Assembly (NCBI GenBank): GCA_965205865.1 | Contig: CBDBHR010000029.1 | Span: 768,001 to 832,000 of the forward strand | DNA from: a bacterium | GTDB lineage: Bacteria > SAR324 > NAC60-12 | DNA: 64,000 nucleotides | Direction of reading: 5' to 3' | Shown: one piece after another, positions 10,563 through 20,590 of the stretch | Position numbering within the stretch: the first letter of the stretch is position 1 | Layout: each line of letters begins with the position of its first letter | Notes under the pieces: model-generated | The model's database searches: none | What the model saw: the letters and a program-made list of their open reading frames with translations, nothing else | Told to the model about the DNA's origin: nothing | Position numbers and translations under genes: made by a program

Positions 10563-11621
10563 ATGATGCAACAAACAAACGACTTGAATGTGTCAGGGAC
10601 CTCTCCTTTGATCACTCCTTTGGCGCTTAAAAACAAAATACCAATGAGTGAGTCGGCCAACCAAACCGTTATCGAAGCAAGGAGGGTGGTGCAGGATATA
10701 TTGGATGGAAAAGACCAACGCGTCCTCTTCGTTGTGGGGCCCTGTTCCATTCATGATCCGGATATCGCATACGAGTATGCGGATTTACTCAAAAACCTGG
10801 CAGAGCGGGTGGCAGATAAACTTTATCTCATCATGCGGGTTTATTTTGAAAAACCTCGCACCACCGTCGGCTGGAAGGGCCTGATCAATGATCCGGATTT
10901 GAATGGTTCTTATGACATCGGCAAAGGCTTGACTATAGCCCGAAAAATTCTCAATGAAATCAATGAAAAAGGAATGCCGGCTGGCAGTGAAATGCTCGAT
11001 CCGATCACACCTCAATATATTGCCGATTTGGTCTCATGGGCGGCGATTGGCGCGCGCACCACCGAATCGCAGATCCATCGGGAAATGGCCAGCGGACTCT
11101 CCATGCCGGTGGGTTTTAAAAATGGTACAAATGGCAATTTGGATGTTGCCTTGAACGCCATGGAGTCCGCGCAGCAGCCACATCGTTTTATCGGCATCAA
11201 TCAAGAAAGCAAAGTCTCCGTAATCCAAACCCGCGGCAATCTGTACGGGCATATCGTGCTTCGTGGGGGCGCGCAAGGTCCGAATTACGACCCCGTATCC
11301 GTTCAAAACACGGAAGAGGCTCTTAAAACGGCAAAATTGCGCAATGCGATTATGATTGACTGCAACCATGCCAATTCCGGAAAAGACCCGTTTAAACAGG
11401 AAACGGTCTTGAGAGATATTACCCGGCAGATAATCGACAATAATCGCTCGATTATGGGGGTAATGATTGAAAGTAATATAAAAGCGGGCAATCAAAGCTT
11501 CAGGCCCGATGTACCGCTTGAATACGGTGTTTCGCTCACCGACAAATGTTTGGACTGGAATAATACGGAACGTATCATTCTAGACATGTACCACCAGTTA
11601 AGGAGCGTTTATGAAAGCTGA
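10563..11621 (+). CDS. aroG: 3-deoxy-7-phosphoheptulonate (DAHP) synthase, class I-alpha
   Basis: GPCSIHD, RVYFEKPRTTVGWKG, IGARTTESQ, DCNHAN; the feedback isoform is not determinable. Confidence 0.93.
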   Translation: MMQQTNDLNVSGTSPLITPLALKNKIPMSESANQTVIEARRVVQDILDGKDQRVLFVVGPCSIHDPDIAYEYADLLKNLAERVADKLYLIMRVYFEKPRTTVGWKGLINDPDLNGSYDIGKGLTIARKILNEINEKGMPAGSEMLDPITPQYIADLVSWAAIGARTTESQIHREMASGLSMPVGFKNGTNGNLDVALNAMESAQQPHRFIGINQESKVSVIQTRGNLYGHIVLRGGAQGPNYDPVSVQNTEEALKTAKLRNAIMIDCNHANSGKDPFKQETVLRDITRQIIDNNRSIMGVMIESNIKAGNQSFRPDVPLEYGVSLTDKCLDWNNTERIILDMYHQLRSVYES

Positions 11622-12378
11622 TGAAGCTGCCGGGATCATTTGGGATTCCATGCGGGAAGGCATCCATTACCCGGAGGCCCTCAAGGGAAAACTGAAATTA
11701 GAAGACGCCAATGAGATCCAATTCAAAGTGTTGGAGCATTGGATCAATGCGGGAGAAAAACAGGCGGGTTGGAAAATTGGCATCACCAATGATCCCTTGC
11801 GTCGTGCATTCAACCTAGATGCTCCCCTCTTTGGCTATCTGTTGGAAAGTCGCAAGTTTTCAAGTGGAATTGCGTTTCAGTACGACGATATCCTCAATCC
11901 CGCCATTGAAGCCGAACTCTATTTTACGATGAGTGAGCGCCTCGAAGGTCCCGGGGCGACCAAAGAACAGGCGCTGAATGCCGTCGGCTCAGTGGCGCCA
12001 GCTTTTGAGCTCGTCTCGCTTCGTGGCAACATGGCCGCGGATATTCCATTGGCGGTTGCAGACAACATCAACCAGTGGGGTTATGTCACCGGCGAGGAAA
12101 TCTCTCCTTATCCACGGGATTTGGATCTCGGAGAAGTGGTGGCGGATATCAAAACCAACGACTCGGAATTTTTTAAAGGTCGCGGCAGCGAGGTAATTGA
12201 CAACCAACTCGCCTCTCTCGCCTGGCTTGCCAACCAACTTGCCAAATACGGCAGGGCATTGGAAGCGGGGCACTGTATCATGTCGGGCTCTTTCATCAAA
12301 CCCACTCCCATTGCCAAAGGAGACCGCTGGCTAACCCATTTCTCCTCCATTGGTACGGTATCGGCCAGTTTTGATTAG
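11611..12378 (+). CDS. 2-keto-4-pentenoate hydratase-like (FAH family) protein
   Basis: GWKIGIT, IEAEL, VADN, LAWLAN, MSGS motifs. Confidence 0.85.
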   Translation: MKADEAAGIIWDSMREGIHYPEALKGKLKLEDANEIQFKVLEHWINAGEKQAGWKIGITNDPLRRAFNLDAPLFGYLLESRKFSSGIAFQYDDILNPAIEAELYFTMSERLEGPGATKEQALNAVGSVAPAFELVSLRGNMAADIPLAVADNINQWGYVTGEEISPYPRDLDLGEVVADIKTNDSEFFKGRGSEVIDNQLASLAWLANQLAKYGRALEAGHCIMSGSFIKPTPIAKGDRWLTHFSSIGTVSASFD

Positions 12379-12413
12379 AGTTTGACGAACGCGGATTTGT
12401 CTGGCGTGGTTTA

Positions 12414-13652
12414 TTACCAATGATATCCCAGGCTTGCGGAAATGACCCGAGCCGATCCTTCGTATTTTCCGGGAAGTTCCGACAACGTCGATGTTCCTTC
12501 GGGAAAAGTCACGGTCAAAAAGGCAATCTCGACAAATAAGCGATCCCGTTTCACACCATAACCAAGGGCATACCCGAGTCGAGAAGTGTCTGGTGTCACG
12601 CCGTCCAGAGTTTCTTGGGGGATGGGACTTGGTTCGGAATAAATACCACCTCGCACGCGCATGTTGTTATTGCCCTGCCGGTTAAAAACATAATTACCAC
12701 TCAAAACCATGCTGACCGTATCATGCCAATCCTTTGGGGTAACGATGGTCTTGGAACCGGCCACTTCCTTTTCAAAATCGAATCTCAATTCACGGTAATT
12801 CGACCAACCGGTGTGGGTGATCGTCCATTCAACCATAAAATTCGGGTCTTGATCCTTGTCTTTCAAGGCTAGTCCCAAACGCGTCACACCGGGCAAGTGA
12901 AAATCTGCTTTCAGCTTCCCATCAGGAAAGCGGGGAGTCAATTGCACGGTGAGTTCGTCACTGGTATCAAAAAGAACCGCTGCCTCACTGGTCTGCAGAA
13001 TGGCAGGACTGTGATACTGGATTCCCAGATTCCATTGTTTTTCATTGAAAAAAAACGAAGCGTTGTAGCCGACTGCGGATCCTGTTCCTCCCAATTCCGT
13101 CCTGATTTCATTGTCATCGTTGACAGTCAAAGCCACCCTTTGCAGATTGACGCTTCCTTCGTAAATATCGATGCCAGCCCCCAAAGCGAATTTTCCAAAA
13201 CGTCGCGCAACGACGGGGGATGTATTTCCGATACTGAGATCCACCTTCGAAATGACCCGTCGTCCTACGAAATCTTCTCCCCAATCCAGGACACTGTTGA
13301 AGGGAAAACTTTGACTGATACCCACGGCGGTAGCGCCGAAGTTTTTCACGGTACTCACAAAAAGCCCTGTTGCCGATTCCGCTTTGGTGGAACCTTTGCC
13401 ATGCTCTCCCTCGAATGTGAAACGTGGGGACGAATGCGTCACCCCCGCCAACACATGGTATCCCTTTTTCAAAAACGTCATGGCGGCTGGCAAATCCTGA
13501 GCCGTGGTCGAGGATTCATACCTGGTGATGCCCCCTGTCGCCTGTCCCAGGGAAGCGGTATCAGTATAGGGAGAATGAAAGCCGTTGCCCCAGGCAATAT
13601 TTGAGAAAATCAATAGGCTCAAGAGGCCTAATCCCGTATTTTTAACATCCAA
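12414..13652 (-). CDS. FadL/OmpP1/TodX outer-membrane hydrophobic-compound channel
   Basis: Signal peptide then NGF..., LGQA, PAAM hatch motif; WSNYREL, TPD; terminal aromatic YHW. Confidence 0.85.
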   Translation of the reverse strand: MDVKNTGLGLLSLLIFSNIAWGNGFHSPYTDTASLGQATGGITRYESSTTAQDLPAAMTFLKKGYHVLAGVTHSSPRFTFEGEHGKGSTKAESATGLFVSTVKNFGATAVGISQSFPFNSVLDWGEDFVGRRVISKVDLSIGNTSPVVARRFGKFALGAGIDIYEGSVNLQRVALTVNDDNEIRTELGGTGSAVGYNASFFFNEKQWNLGIQYHSPAILQTSEAAVLFDTSDELTVQLTPRFPDGKLKADFHLPGVTRLGLALKDKDQDPNFMVEWTITHTGWSNYRELRFDFEKEVAGSKTIVTPKDWHDTVSMVLSGNYVFNRQGNNNMRVRGGIYSEPSPIPQETLDGVTPDTSRLGYALGYGVKRDRLFVEIAFLTVTFPEGTSTLSELPGKYEGSARVISASLGYHW

Positions 13653-13753
13653 ACGATTTCTCCAATGCGAGTATGTGTGGATTCCGGGAAACAGGAATTT
13701 CGTTCATTTGCCAGTCTTTTTGTGTTGAAAGTCGATTTCTCATTGTTTCTTTT

Positions 13754-16015
13754 TTATTGCGTACAAGTGGGTGGATTTATGGTATCGGAAGGATCGAGAA
13801 TGTTTCCGGTAATCAAGTAACACAATGCCTGCAACTGCGCCTTTGTAGTTGCCGTGGTTTTCCTATCAATGAAAAAAGCGTGTGCTGCAGGATTCCCGTC
13901 GGCGCTTGTCGAATAATTATCAGGATTGAAAATCCATTGAACCCGCGTTGTGGAACTTTCAACCTGACCTTCCCCATCCCTCTTTTTCGTCAGCCCCATA
14001 CTGCGCGCCAACAATTCGGAATTGCTGTTGGGAATCACGGCGTCCCCCTTTATTTCTTGCAGCAAGACACTTGCCGGAGTGTCGCGGTTAGCGAAAACAA
14101 GCGGTTCGACGTTCCCGGCAGCCACTGCATGCATCGTACCCAATTCCAAACCCAACAAGACGGCATTCAACTCCGCTGAAGGATTCTGCAACCCCAACGA
14201 TTCGGCCACTGCCGTTTCGATGTCAGGTCCGAAGGCCGGGCTTTCCAGAACGAAATCGGTGATATCCCCTCCAGGAGTATTCAGAACCATCCGTTGATAA
14301 GGTGGGGGCTCCATACCATTGAGACGATCGAGTATGACAGCCACCATGGAGCCGAAGACTCCGCCCAGCGAATGTCCTACAAAATGAGTGGGACTGGTAT
14401 CCGTTAAACCCAGAGCATTGCGCAGGGACGAATTTTCTTTAATCAGGGTGGTCAATTGCCCCATATCCGCCAGGGTTTGCTCAATGTATCCTGCACTCAA
14501 AAGAGGTTTATCAGGACGAATGAAGCGGAGACCGGAGTCTCCCTGAGAAGTGGCATCGCTCGGTGTTGCGGGCTCGACGGAGCCATCCCTGTCTCCATCT
14601 TCGTAAGTACGCGTGCCATGACCCCAAATATCAATGGCGATTGTCGCCAGACCTGCTCCGGCAAAAGTATTGGCCACTGCAATAAAATCATCCCTGTTGC
14701 GGGTGATTCCATGCTGGTAAATCACGACCCCCGTGGTGGAAATTACGGGATCTGCCAACCAGAATTCAATCTTTCCTTCAAATGCGTTTTCCGTATGGGG
14801 ACAATCCGTTCCCGGAACGGTGGCCCGGTTGATTAAATCGAGAGTCCAGACAGGATTCTCAGCGCTGCCGGAATTGGCGAGAAAATTCTGGCAGTTATAA
14901 AAACCACTCAATATTCTGTCGATATTATTTACTGGCACACCCGAACCTTGGAAAAACGGTTTAAAATTAAAGGCACTATTTTCAATCGAAGTGATTGAGG
15001 TTTGGGTTTCCCATTCGATGTCATTGTTCCTCGCGTTATTGGAATCGACTGCATTGCTAAACATCGCCGTCATAAGGGATTCTCCTGCAGCAGATTCAGC
15101 AGCGGTCGAGAACTCTGTCGTGAAGGTCTGCACGACTGCGACGTCGTCTTTATCCTGACCGGATGCCGTCAAAATGGAAGCAATGCCTTGTCTCAGACTT
15201 TCTAATCCGATAACGGTTTGTAAGTCCGTATCTTGGGCGATCAGCAAAGGATTTTTGATGGATGTTCCTTCATGGAGAGGATCCTCACTTTTCAAAACGG
15301 CAAACAAAATATCCTCGATCAGTCCTTCCTTAAGACTTTTCTTGACGATGACGGCATATTTACGGCCTTTATTGAAAGTCCCACCTGTCGTGGAAGTTGT
15401 GCTTTGAGGAACCAATACCAAATCATGATTGGCATCTTGATAGACTGTTTTGAATTTTCCCGTGTACGTTCGTCCTTGCAATGGCACGCTGATGAAATTG
15501 CCGGCCACGTCATTCGTTGGCAGTGCCAGGAAAGGGCTCTCCTCCGCGACCGCCATTGGATCAGCCAGAGACGCCTGGTAGCCCGACAATGTTTCCGGAT
15601 CTGCTTTGGCAGCATCCGAAAGTCCGAGAGGCACGATCAGAATATTACTGGCCCACGTTGCTGCCCTCATCATTCCAGCTGCCGAGGAATAATCAAAATC
15701 AGGCACGTCGATACTGTTGGTGAATGGAATCCTTATGGGCATATTGGGGCTCATCCCATTGAGTTCGTCTTCGCCGTCAGAAGCCCGTCTTGCATTGATG
15801 CGAGACAGGATCAGATCATTGGGCAACGGCACCCGACCGGCATCAGTAGAATACTGAGCTACTATCAAGTTTTCCGAATCCAGGGTTTCTTCACCCTCTT
15901 CGATGTCGGGCTCGGGATCTCCTTTCGAAGAGGTGATCAGTTCGTCCGAACACCCGTGTAAGAGAAAAACGATAAGCACTGCTAGCAGCCATCCTTGTTT
16001 CAAGTTCATGGTCAT
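13754..16015 (-). CDS. Lipoprotein alpha/beta-hydrolase, Pla-1/VolA-like lipase
   Basis: Lipobox LHGC; VPLPNDL; IYQHGIT; AIDIWGHG; GHSLGG nucleophile; GDAVIPN; His near C-terminus. Confidence 0.8.
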   Translation of the reverse strand: MTMNLKQGWLLAVLIVFLLHGCSDELITSSKGDPEPDIEEGEETLDSENLIVAQYSTDAGRVPLPNDLILSRINARRASDGEDELNGMSPNMPIRIPFTNSIDVPDFDYSSAAGMMRAATWASNILIVPLGLSDAAKADPETLSGYQASLADPMAVAEESPFLALPTNDVAGNFISVPLQGRTYTGKFKTVYQDANHDLVLVPQSTTSTTGGTFNKGRKYAVIVKKSLKEGLIEDILFAVLKSEDPLHEGTSIKNPLLIAQDTDLQTVIGLESLRQGIASILTASGQDKDDVAVVQTFTTEFSTAAESAAGESLMTAMFSNAVDSNNARNNDIEWETQTSITSIENSAFNFKPFFQGSGVPVNNIDRILSGFYNCQNFLANSGSAENPVWTLDLINRATVPGTDCPHTENAFEGKIEFWLADPVISTTGVVIYQHGITRNRDDFIAVANTFAGAGLATIAIDIWGHGTRTYEDGDRDGSVEPATPSDATSQGDSGLRFIRPDKPLLSAGYIEQTLADMGQLTTLIKENSSLRNALGLTDTSPTHFVGHSLGGVFGSMVAVILDRLNGMEPPPYQRMVLNTPGGDITDFVLESPAFGPDIETAVAESLGLQNPSAELNAVLLGLELGTMHAVAAGNVEPLVFANRDTPASVLLQEIKGDAVIPNSNSELLARSMGLTKKRDGEGQVESSTTRVQWIFNPDNYSTSADGNPAAHAFFIDRKTTATTKAQLQALCYLITGNILDPSDTINPPTCTQ

Positions 16016-16335
16016 GGTTCCTCCATCGTGGGAATGAGATCTGTCCTCGTGAGTGCGCCTTTTTCTATATAAAAAAGACTTCAAAATTCACGAATTCTGA
16101 GAAAAAGTGTTCCAGGAATTCCGTTTTTTGCTGTTTTTTGAAGCAATAATATCAGAGGAAACCTGATAAAATCAAGAAAATAAAAAAATCGATTCCCGCA
16201 ATGGATTTTGCTTAAACGCTGGATCTCATTCCACCAATCGTGATACAAGACTTCAGCGCAGTTGAAATTCAGGGAACGAGAAATGCTACGTTCTCAATTA
16301 TTCATTACTCCTCTTAACGTCAGGAAAATCAAAAT

Positions 16336-17997
16336 ATGCAAACCATGACGGGTCGTTCCGCCTTTTTGGCATTGTTGAAAGATGAAGGTATTCGCTATTT
16401 GTTTGGTAATCCCGGAACCACTGAGTTGCCTATTATGGCCGCTTTATCCGAACATACGGATTTGGCCTATGTATTGGGTTTGCAGGAAGCGGTGGTGGTT
16501 GCCATGGCCGACGGTTTTTCACGGGCATCCGGTAATTTGTCGGCCTGTAACGTGCATGTGGCGCCAGGTCTCGGCAATGCCATGGGTTCTCTCTTCAATG
16601 CCAAATGGTACGGCTCTCCCATATTGGTCACTGCGGGCCAGCAGGAACAAGGTCATGGATTGACAGAACCAATGTTGTACGATCCGTTGCTCCCGATTGC
16701 TTCTCCTATGGTGAAGTGGGCAGTTGAAGTCAATCGACTTCAGGACATGCCACGCATTGTAAGGCGCGCCGCAAAAATCGCCATGACGCCACCGACGGGT
16801 CCGGTGTTTCTCTCGTTACCAGGAGACATCCTCAATGATCAAATGGCCCTCGAACTGGGACAATCCTCGCGAGTGGATTCGGTCACCCGACCAAGTGATA
16901 TGGCGATGGGAAGATTAGCCGATCGAATCCTGGCTGCGGAACATCCGGTGATACTTGCGGGACACGAACTCAGTTCAAGGGATGCGTTAGATGAAGCAGC
17001 CCGATTAGCTGAAGCGTTGGGAGCACCGGTTTACCAGCAGACCGTTCCTCACGCAGCTCATTTTTTTTCGAACCATATCGCATTCATGGGTGCTTTGAGT
17101 CGCAACCAACATGAGGTGCGCACGACCCTGGGAGCGCACGACCTGCTCATTTGTCTCGGGGCTGACGTCTTGCGCATGTCGGTCTGGAATCCACTGGAAC
17201 CATTACCCGACAACATGCCTGTCATTCAAATTGGGGAACGGGATTGGGAGTTGGCAAAAAATTATCCTGCGGAAATCGCCATTCATGCGGATGTCAAGGA
17301 AACTCTACAGACTCTATTGCCAGTACTGCACGCGCGATGCGGTGAAGAAAAAAGAATTGCCAACACGCATCGTTTGCATGACCTGAAAACACGAAATTGG
17401 ACCGCCATGCGTGACAAATTACGCGAGGAAACGCAGAAGGCGGCCACTCGCACGCCCATTGATCCACGGGTCTTGATGATGCGCCTTGCCGAGACATTAC
17501 CGAAAAATGCCGTGCTCGTGGACGAAGGGCTCACAGCTTCCAATTCGCTGCTCGGCTTTCTGCCATTTCGGGATGCGCGTTGTTATTACGGATTGGCAAG
17601 CGGAGGTATTGGTTTTGCAGTTGCGGGCGCAATCGGAATTCATTTGGCCCTGCCGGAACGGCCTTTGCTGGCCTTGATCGGCGACGGCAGTTCCCTATAC
17701 AACATCCAAGCCCTGTGGACGGCAGCAAACATGAAATTGCCGATCACTTACGTCATTGCGAACAACCAGAGTTACCGCATCTTGAAAGACCGCCTGTTGG
17801 CCTTCCAGGGAAGCAATAACTTCATTGGCATGGATCTTCGTGACCCGGAAATCGATTTTGTCGGACTTGCTCAATCATTGGGTTTGCAAGCTTGCCGTAT
17901 CACGGAACCCGATGCAATTGCCCCTACGTTGAGACGGGCGTTTGAAGATGGCACCGGACCTCAACTAATCGAAGTATTAATCGACGACGGGTTCTAA
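16336..17997 (+). CDS. ThDP-dependent decarboxylase, benzoylformate decarboxylase-like
   Basis: FGNPGTTELP, LQEAVVVAMADG, GDGS...NNQSY ThDP motif. Confidence 0.88.
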   Translation: MQTMTGRSAFLALLKDEGIRYLFGNPGTTELPIMAALSEHTDLAYVLGLQEAVVVAMADGFSRASGNLSACNVHVAPGLGNAMGSLFNAKWYGSPILVTAGQQEQGHGLTEPMLYDPLLPIASPMVKWAVEVNRLQDMPRIVRRAAKIAMTPPTGPVFLSLPGDILNDQMALELGQSSRVDSVTRPSDMAMGRLADRILAAEHPVILAGHELSSRDALDEAARLAEALGAPVYQQTVPHAAHFFSNHIAFMGALSRNQHEVRTTLGAHDLLICLGADVLRMSVWNPLEPLPDNMPVIQIGERDWELAKNYPAEIAIHADVKETLQTLLPVLHARCGEEKRIANTHRLHDLKTRNWTAMRDKLREETQKAATRTPIDPRVLMMRLAETLPKNAVLVDEGLTASNSLLGFLPFRDARCYYGLASGGIGFAVAGAIGIHLALPERPLLALIGDGSSLYNIQALWTAANMKLPITYVIANNQSYRILKDRLLAFQGSNNFIGMDLRDPEIDFVGLAQSLGLQACRITEPDAIAPTLRRAFEDGTGPQLIEVLIDDGF

Positions 17998-18123
17998 AAT
18001 GCCACAAGAAAAAATTATATAAAGCAATGGTTCTGACATTTTTTTTTAATTCCCATTAATAAATTGAAAATAAATCATTTCAAATACTTAGAAAAAGTAT
18101 CTGAATTATTTACAACTCTGAGT

Positions 18124-18316
18124 CAGTTTCTCAGTTTGAAATAATTCAAGCAATCCCGATGACCGTGTCATGCCTGACTTGATCAGGCATCCAGAAGTTC
18201 ATCAGCAAATACTCTGGATTCCTGGTCAAGCCATAGAATGACATTGATTCTTGCGTACAGATTGATTCTGCGTACAGAACAAAGAATACTTCACAGATAT
18301 TTCAAAACTGTTAGAA
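18124..18316. repeat. MITE/REP-like element with two inverted palindromic units and degenerate terminal inverted repeats
   Basis: GTCATGCCTGACTTGATCAGGCATCCAG ... CTGGATTCCTGGTCAAGCCATAGAATGAC; ends TTTCTCAGTTTGAAATA / TATTTCAAAACTGTTAGAA; internal ~17-bp tandem duplication at 18243-18277. Confidence 0.65.
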
Positions 18317-18354
18317 GTATTTATAAAGGAATCAAAGCATGATCACCCTCATGC

Positions 18355-18558
18355 TCAAATGTTCTTGTTTTCGGTATGGCATTCGTCTACCAATTCGGCA
18401 TCGGCGCCATTATCGAGCTTTGGCCTGCCGACGCGGATGGAGTCTATCCCGAGCGCGCTTACTTCGCTGCGTTTCTCGTTGTCGTCGTTACGCAGGCTGC
18501 AGCATTGATTTGGAAATTGCTAACCACTCGGAAAAACAATCGTCAGGAAACCGGCTGA
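18355..18558 (+). pseudogene. C-terminal remnant of an MFS transporter
   Basis: NVLVFGMAFVYQFGIGAIIELWP...AYFAAF resembles the last two TMs of MFS proteins; no 5' part is present. Confidence 0.5.
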
Positions 18559-18574
18559 GTATGGCGCGTTTTCA

Positions 18575-19624
18575 TCATGCTATATAAGCATCCATGCTTT
18601 CACTGGTCGCGGTTGGTCTGGCGATAGAGGCAATCATCTTGTCCATTCCGATCGAACCGACAGACTTGGCCTTATGGGTAACAATGGCCGTGCGGGTACC
18701 GGCTTTCAGAAGCACCTGCAGCGCATCCTCGATCGTCGTATCCTGTTCGATCCTCAGTCCGGTCTCCGGTTTCCCGCTATCCATGATGGAGGCAATTTGC
18801 AAAACGCGCCCTCGGTTTATGTCTTTGATGAAATCAGACACGTAACCGTCTGCCGGATTCAGAATGATGTCCTGGGAGGATCCCTGTTGGACAACCTCGC
18901 CATCCCGGAGAATGGCAATGTTGTCCCCAATGCGGAGGGCTTCATCCAAATCGTGCGTGATGAAAATTATGGTTTTGCGCAGTTCTCCTTGCAATTCCAA
19001 AAGTATATCTTGCATCTCGGTGCGGATGAGTGGGTCCAAGGCCGAGAACGGTTCATCCATCAGCAGGATTTCCGCATCCGTGGCCAAAGAGCGCGCCAGA
19101 CCCACCCGCTGCTGCATACCACCGGACAATTGAGCAGGATACTGGCTTTCACACCCCGTCAGCCCGACGTCCTCGATCCACTTCTTACAGCACTCTTCGG
19201 CCTCCTGCTTGGGTACCTCCTGGATCATCAGTCCATAGGCGACATTTTCCTTGACGGTGCGATGAGGTAACAATGCGAACTTTTGAAAGACCATGGATGC
19301 CTGGAACCTGCGAAAATCGCGCAATTCCGTTTTGCTCATCTCCAGAACATTGCGCTTGTCGACTATGATCTCACCCACAGTAGGTTCAATCAACCTGTTG
19401 ATATGGCGCAATAAAGTGGATTTGCCAGATCCGGACAGACCCATGATGACCTGGATTTTGCTCGCTTGAATATCGATATTGACATCGCGCAGCCCCAGCA
19501 CGTGGTTATGGCTGTTCAGTAAATCCTGCTTGGAAATTCCCTCTTTGACGCAGTCTACCATGTCGCTTGGATTCAAACCGAATATCTTGTATAGATTCTT
19601 GATGCTGACTTTGACCTCAGACAC
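18575..19624 (-). CDS. Quaternary-amine ABC transporter ATPase (ProV/TmoV-type)
   Basis: GLSGSGKS, LSGGMQQRVGLAR, DEPFSALDPLIR, C-terminal CBS-like part; GTG start overlaps the permease end. Confidence 0.92.
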   Translation of the reverse strand: MSEVKVSIKNLYKIFGLNPSDMVDCVKEGISKQDLLNSHNHVLGLRDVNIDIQASKIQVIMGLSGSGKSTLLRHINRLIEPTVGEIIVDKRNVLEMSKTELRDFRRFQASMVFQKFALLPHRTVKENVAYGLMIQEVPKQEAEECCKKWIEDVGLTGCESQYPAQLSGGMQQRVGLARSLATDAEILLMDEPFSALDPLIRTEMQDILLELQGELRKTIIFITHDLDEALRIGDNIAILRDGEVVQQGSSQDIILNPADGYVSDFIKDINRGRVLQIASIMDSGKPETGLRIEQDTTIEDALQVLLKAGTRTAIVTHKAKSVGSIGMDKMIASIARPTATSESMDAYIA

Positions 19625-20507
19625 CTTGTCCTCCTTCCCGGTGCTTTTGCAAGCGTTTGCCAAATTTTTGAGAGACACGATCGAAAATGATGGCCAGTGC
19701 CACAATTGCCAGACCATTCATCAACCCCAGCGCCAGATATTGGTTGGAAATTGCGCGCAGCACCGGCATACCCAATCCCCTCACCCCAATCATCGAAGCA
19801 ACCACCACCATCGCCAGGGCCATCATGATGGTCTGGTTCACACCGGCAAAAATATTGGGTAACGCCAGTGGAATCTGAACACTGAACAGTTTCTCGCGGT
19901 AACTCGCTCCAAATGCGTCTGCAGCCTCCAAAACCTCCTTGTCCACCAATCGGATGCCCAAGTTCGTCAACCTCACCACCGGAGGCATGGCATAGATACA
20001 TACTGCCAGTAACCCTGGTACTTTGCCGATGCCCAACAACATGACGACAGGAATCAGATAGACGAAACTCGGAATCGTCTGCATGACGTCCAACACCGGT
20101 GTGATAATGGACTGCACGCGGTTTGAACGCGCCATCACTATCCCCAGCGGAATACCGAAAGCGATGCAAAGAAGCGAAGCCACGGAGATGATGGCCAAGG
20201 TTGCCATCGTGTCTTCCCACATGCCGAAATAGCCGATCACGAGAAAGGAAACCACGGTGCCTGTTACGACCATCCAACTGCGCGATCCCAAGAAAACCAG
20301 GGCCGCAATCACCAGGATGATCACCGGCCAGGGGGTGTCCACCAACAATTTTTCGAACCAAACCAGAAAACGAAGCAACGGTTCAAAAAAAGACTCCAAT
20401 GCGTCACCGTATGCGCGAGAAAAATCACGAAACCCCAAATCGATGGCTTTTTTCAGGTCACGCAATTCCAGGCGATCCATTGTTGGGAATTCGTTGAAAA
20501 AATCCAT
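19617..20507 (-). CDS. Quaternary-amine ABC transporter permease (ProW/TmoW-type)
   Basis: LDVMQTIPSFVYLIP, EAADAFG, GVNQTIMMALAMVV. Confidence 0.92.
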   Translation of the reverse strand: MDFFNEFPTMDRLELRDLKKAIDLGFRDFSRAYGDALESFFEPLLRFLVWFEKLLVDTPWPVIILVIAALVFLGSRSWMVVTGTVVSFLVIGYFGMWEDTMATLAIISVASLLCIAFGIPLGIVMARSNRVQSIITPVLDVMQTIPSFVYLIPVVMLLGIGKVPGLLAVCIYAMPPVVRLTNLGIRLVDKEVLEAADAFGASYREKLFSVQIPLALPNIFAGVNQTIMMALAMVVVASMIGVRGLGMPVLRAISNQYLALGLMNGLAIVALAIIFDRVSQKFGKRLQKHREGGQGV

Positions 20508-20536
20508 CTTGATGGCTCTTTATGGTTGAGAGCTAA

Positions 20537-20570
20537 CGGACTTCCTGGTGAAAAATAGCCAGGAAGTCCG
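20537..20570. terminator. Intercistronic hairpin between the binding-protein and permease genes
   Basis: Perfect 12-bp inverted repeat CGGACTTCCTGG / CCAGGAAGTCCG. Confidence 0.6.
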
Positions 20571-20590
20571 GGAAAATTCCATTTGAGAAA

